Positions 40,711-64,000 of a DNA stretch of 64,000 bases are shown here, in pieces (position 1 is the stretch's first letter; each line of letters opens with the position of its first letter). The position numbers and the translations under genes are program-made. This stretch comes from Tubiluchus corallicola. Its lineage: Eukaryota; Animalia; Priapulida. Under the pieces are notes generated by a model. It was not told the origin of the DNA, made no database searches, and saw only the letters and a list, made by a program, of their open reading frames with translations. The DNA lies in contig JAQGDQ010000049.1 of assembly GCA_030141605.1 (NCBI GenBank), forward strand, positions 496,001 to 560,000, written 5' to 3'.

Positions 40711-41698
40711 AATATGTAGTTTAGTGTCTATGGTAAAATTTGAACAAATTTGTCATGAACAGGAAAATTAAAAAGCATGAACAATCGTGCCGATGAAAAC
40801 ATTGAAAAATAAGCACCAAATTTGCTTGTATAAATATTTTGATATGTAAAAGAAATTCGGACGTTTTCTTACATACATTTGAAAATTCACACACTACGTG
40901 GACAAAATTTGCTTGTTGGCGTTTGGCACCGTGCCAACATGCATATGCTGTGGCTGTAAGATTAGTGATCATTACGTCGGCTGCCTGCGTGTCCGCAAAC
41001 ACAGATGCAACACAACATCACCTCACAGCCCCAATACAGACAACTCAGAACATAAAAGTTGCGTACATGAAAGTTTGGATATTTTACTGGTGTAACGAAA
41101 GCACAAAGAATTGCATATAATCTTGATATCAGGATTATTAGGTGGTGATATCTTGTGATAAAGTTGTAATACCGGGTGAATCCTGCCTATTTTACACTTC
41201 TCACCTTTTGATCAAGTTTGATCTCAAAAATTAAATAATTGCAAGTTTTCTGTCCATCATAAGCCTATCTGTCCTACGTACTAAATCACTAACCGTATTC
41301 AACACCAAATTAAAAATGCACTAATGATGTCGAGATTTGAATATCCAATTTACCAACATGGCCACTTGCATACTGATGCAGAATTCATTTATCCCAAGCC
41401 ATATGAAACAACTTAATTAGTTCAAGTTTAAAAGCTCATTTTATTTTTGCACTTGTAGTTTAGATTTTGCACTGACGTATTTGCCTCCAACAGTGTATGT
41501 TTTTTAACTTACATTGATTGAATATCTTAACATTTCGTTATAATTTTCGATATTATTATAGTAAATAAAGATGTCACCTTCTTACTCACTTACTTAGTTA
41601 CAAAAGTACAATTAGGGTTTTTATGAAAGTACAGAAAACAGAAACACGATAAATTCATAAATAATCTGCCTTGCTCACTTTGATAAGTTAAATATGAA

Positions 41699-41771
41699 TG
41701 CGCATGCGCAATGGGCGACTCGCGTTCCTGCTCCACAATTATTGTAATTTCAATTATTAGGCCTATATAAG
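41699..41771 (+). promoter_or_regulatory. Candidate guanylyl cyclase promoter: NRF1-type palindrome plus TATA box
   Basis: TGCGCATGCGCA at 41699-41710 and TATATAAG at 41764-41771, about 75 bp before the ATG at 41846. Confidence 0.55.
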
Positions 41772-41845
41772 AAACTTTTGCAAGTGTTGATCGCTAGCTT
41801 CAATTTTATTCAGAAACACTTAAAAATTGAAAATTTGACTCAGTA

Positions 41846-63067
<21,222 letters not shown>

Positions 63068-63144
63068 GTGATTTCATGCATTACTCTAGGCTTTATTTAA
63101 CAGAAAGTAGGCTTTAAACCTGACAGCAGTACTGATAAGTGTTT

Positions 63145-63430
63145 GGTGATGATGATGATCACGATAATGATGATGACGATGATGACAATGAGATGATGAC
63201 GATGTTGATGACAATGACGGCGATGATAACGTCGATGATGAAGACGATGACCATGATGAAAATGATGGCGATGAGACGATGATGATGTTGTTGAGTTGTT
63301 GATGATGATGATGATGCGGCTGCTGATGATTATGACGGATAATGATGATGATCATGTTGATGCTAGCGGCGGTGCTGGTGCTGGTGGTGGCAGTGACAGC
63401 AGTGGTAGTGGTGCTGGCAACGGCAATGGC
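63145..63430. repeat. Degenerate (GAT/GAC/GGT)n low-complexity tract
   Basis: Read directly; a similar tract lies at 104-245. Confidence 0.9.
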
Positions 63431-64000
63431 AGGTAAAAACAAACCAAAATGGAATTATTATTAATTCTGATTAGTCTTTATTATAAAAGAACCCTGCAGA
63501 AAAATGAGGTGTCTTCCCTAGTCGCACACTAGACGTACGTCATGAAGTACGAACTTTAACAGAGGTGATTAGTAGAAATGAGTGCAGGCGAAAATGTGCG
63601 CACGTTGCACTATTATAATATACGCATTTATTTGTTTATTTTGAACTCTGTTGCTGGATTTTTCATTCTTTTATCAAATTTCTGTTTTCGCAGTTTCATT
63701 TTATTAATTTGACAGAAAATTTTCCAAGCTGGGCTATTTCCCTAATGGTAATGATGAGTGCTGCAGCCATTACAGTTATATCACTTTACACTTACAGGTA
63801 ATTTATAATTTTTCTAGTTATTTATTTCAACGCCAGGTGTAACAGGTGCTGTAAATGAAACCATTTTAACAGTTTACCTGATCAATAGCTCTCTTGTTGT
63901 GGTTTATATTAGTTAATTGAATGTAGTTGTAATAAATTATAAAAGGAAATACCATCAGGACCGCAAACTCAAATTAGGGTGTTGTGAGGGCATTAGATTT

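Overview
AT-rich, intron-containing animal genomic DNA, probably an invertebrate bilaterian; no prokaryotic operons or CRISPR arrays. I reconstructed five spliced genes by hand from splice sites and reading-frame phase. (1) RSPH10B-like MORN-repeat radial spoke gene, minus strand, about 39-11526, with an RFX X-box upstream. (2) Divergently oriented syntaxin-7/12-like Qa-SNARE, plus strand, 17638-25557, whose last intron uses a GC donor and offers two different transmembrane-anchor terminal exons. (3) Ly6/uPAR three-finger (quiver/sleepless-like) secreted or GPI-anchored protein, minus strand, 31441-39454. (4) Natriuretic-peptide-receptor-type receptor guanylyl cyclase extracellular domain, plus strand, from 41846 and running off the window, head-to-head with gene 3. 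(5) Complete BTB-BACK-Kelch gene nested antisense inside the 14 kb first intron of gene 4. Introns and spacers hold MITEs (hAT-like, Tc1/pogo-like), RTE-type LINE remnants, tRNA-derived sequences and many microsatellites, which generate most of the long spurious ORFs. Family calls rest on recognised motifs, not database searches.
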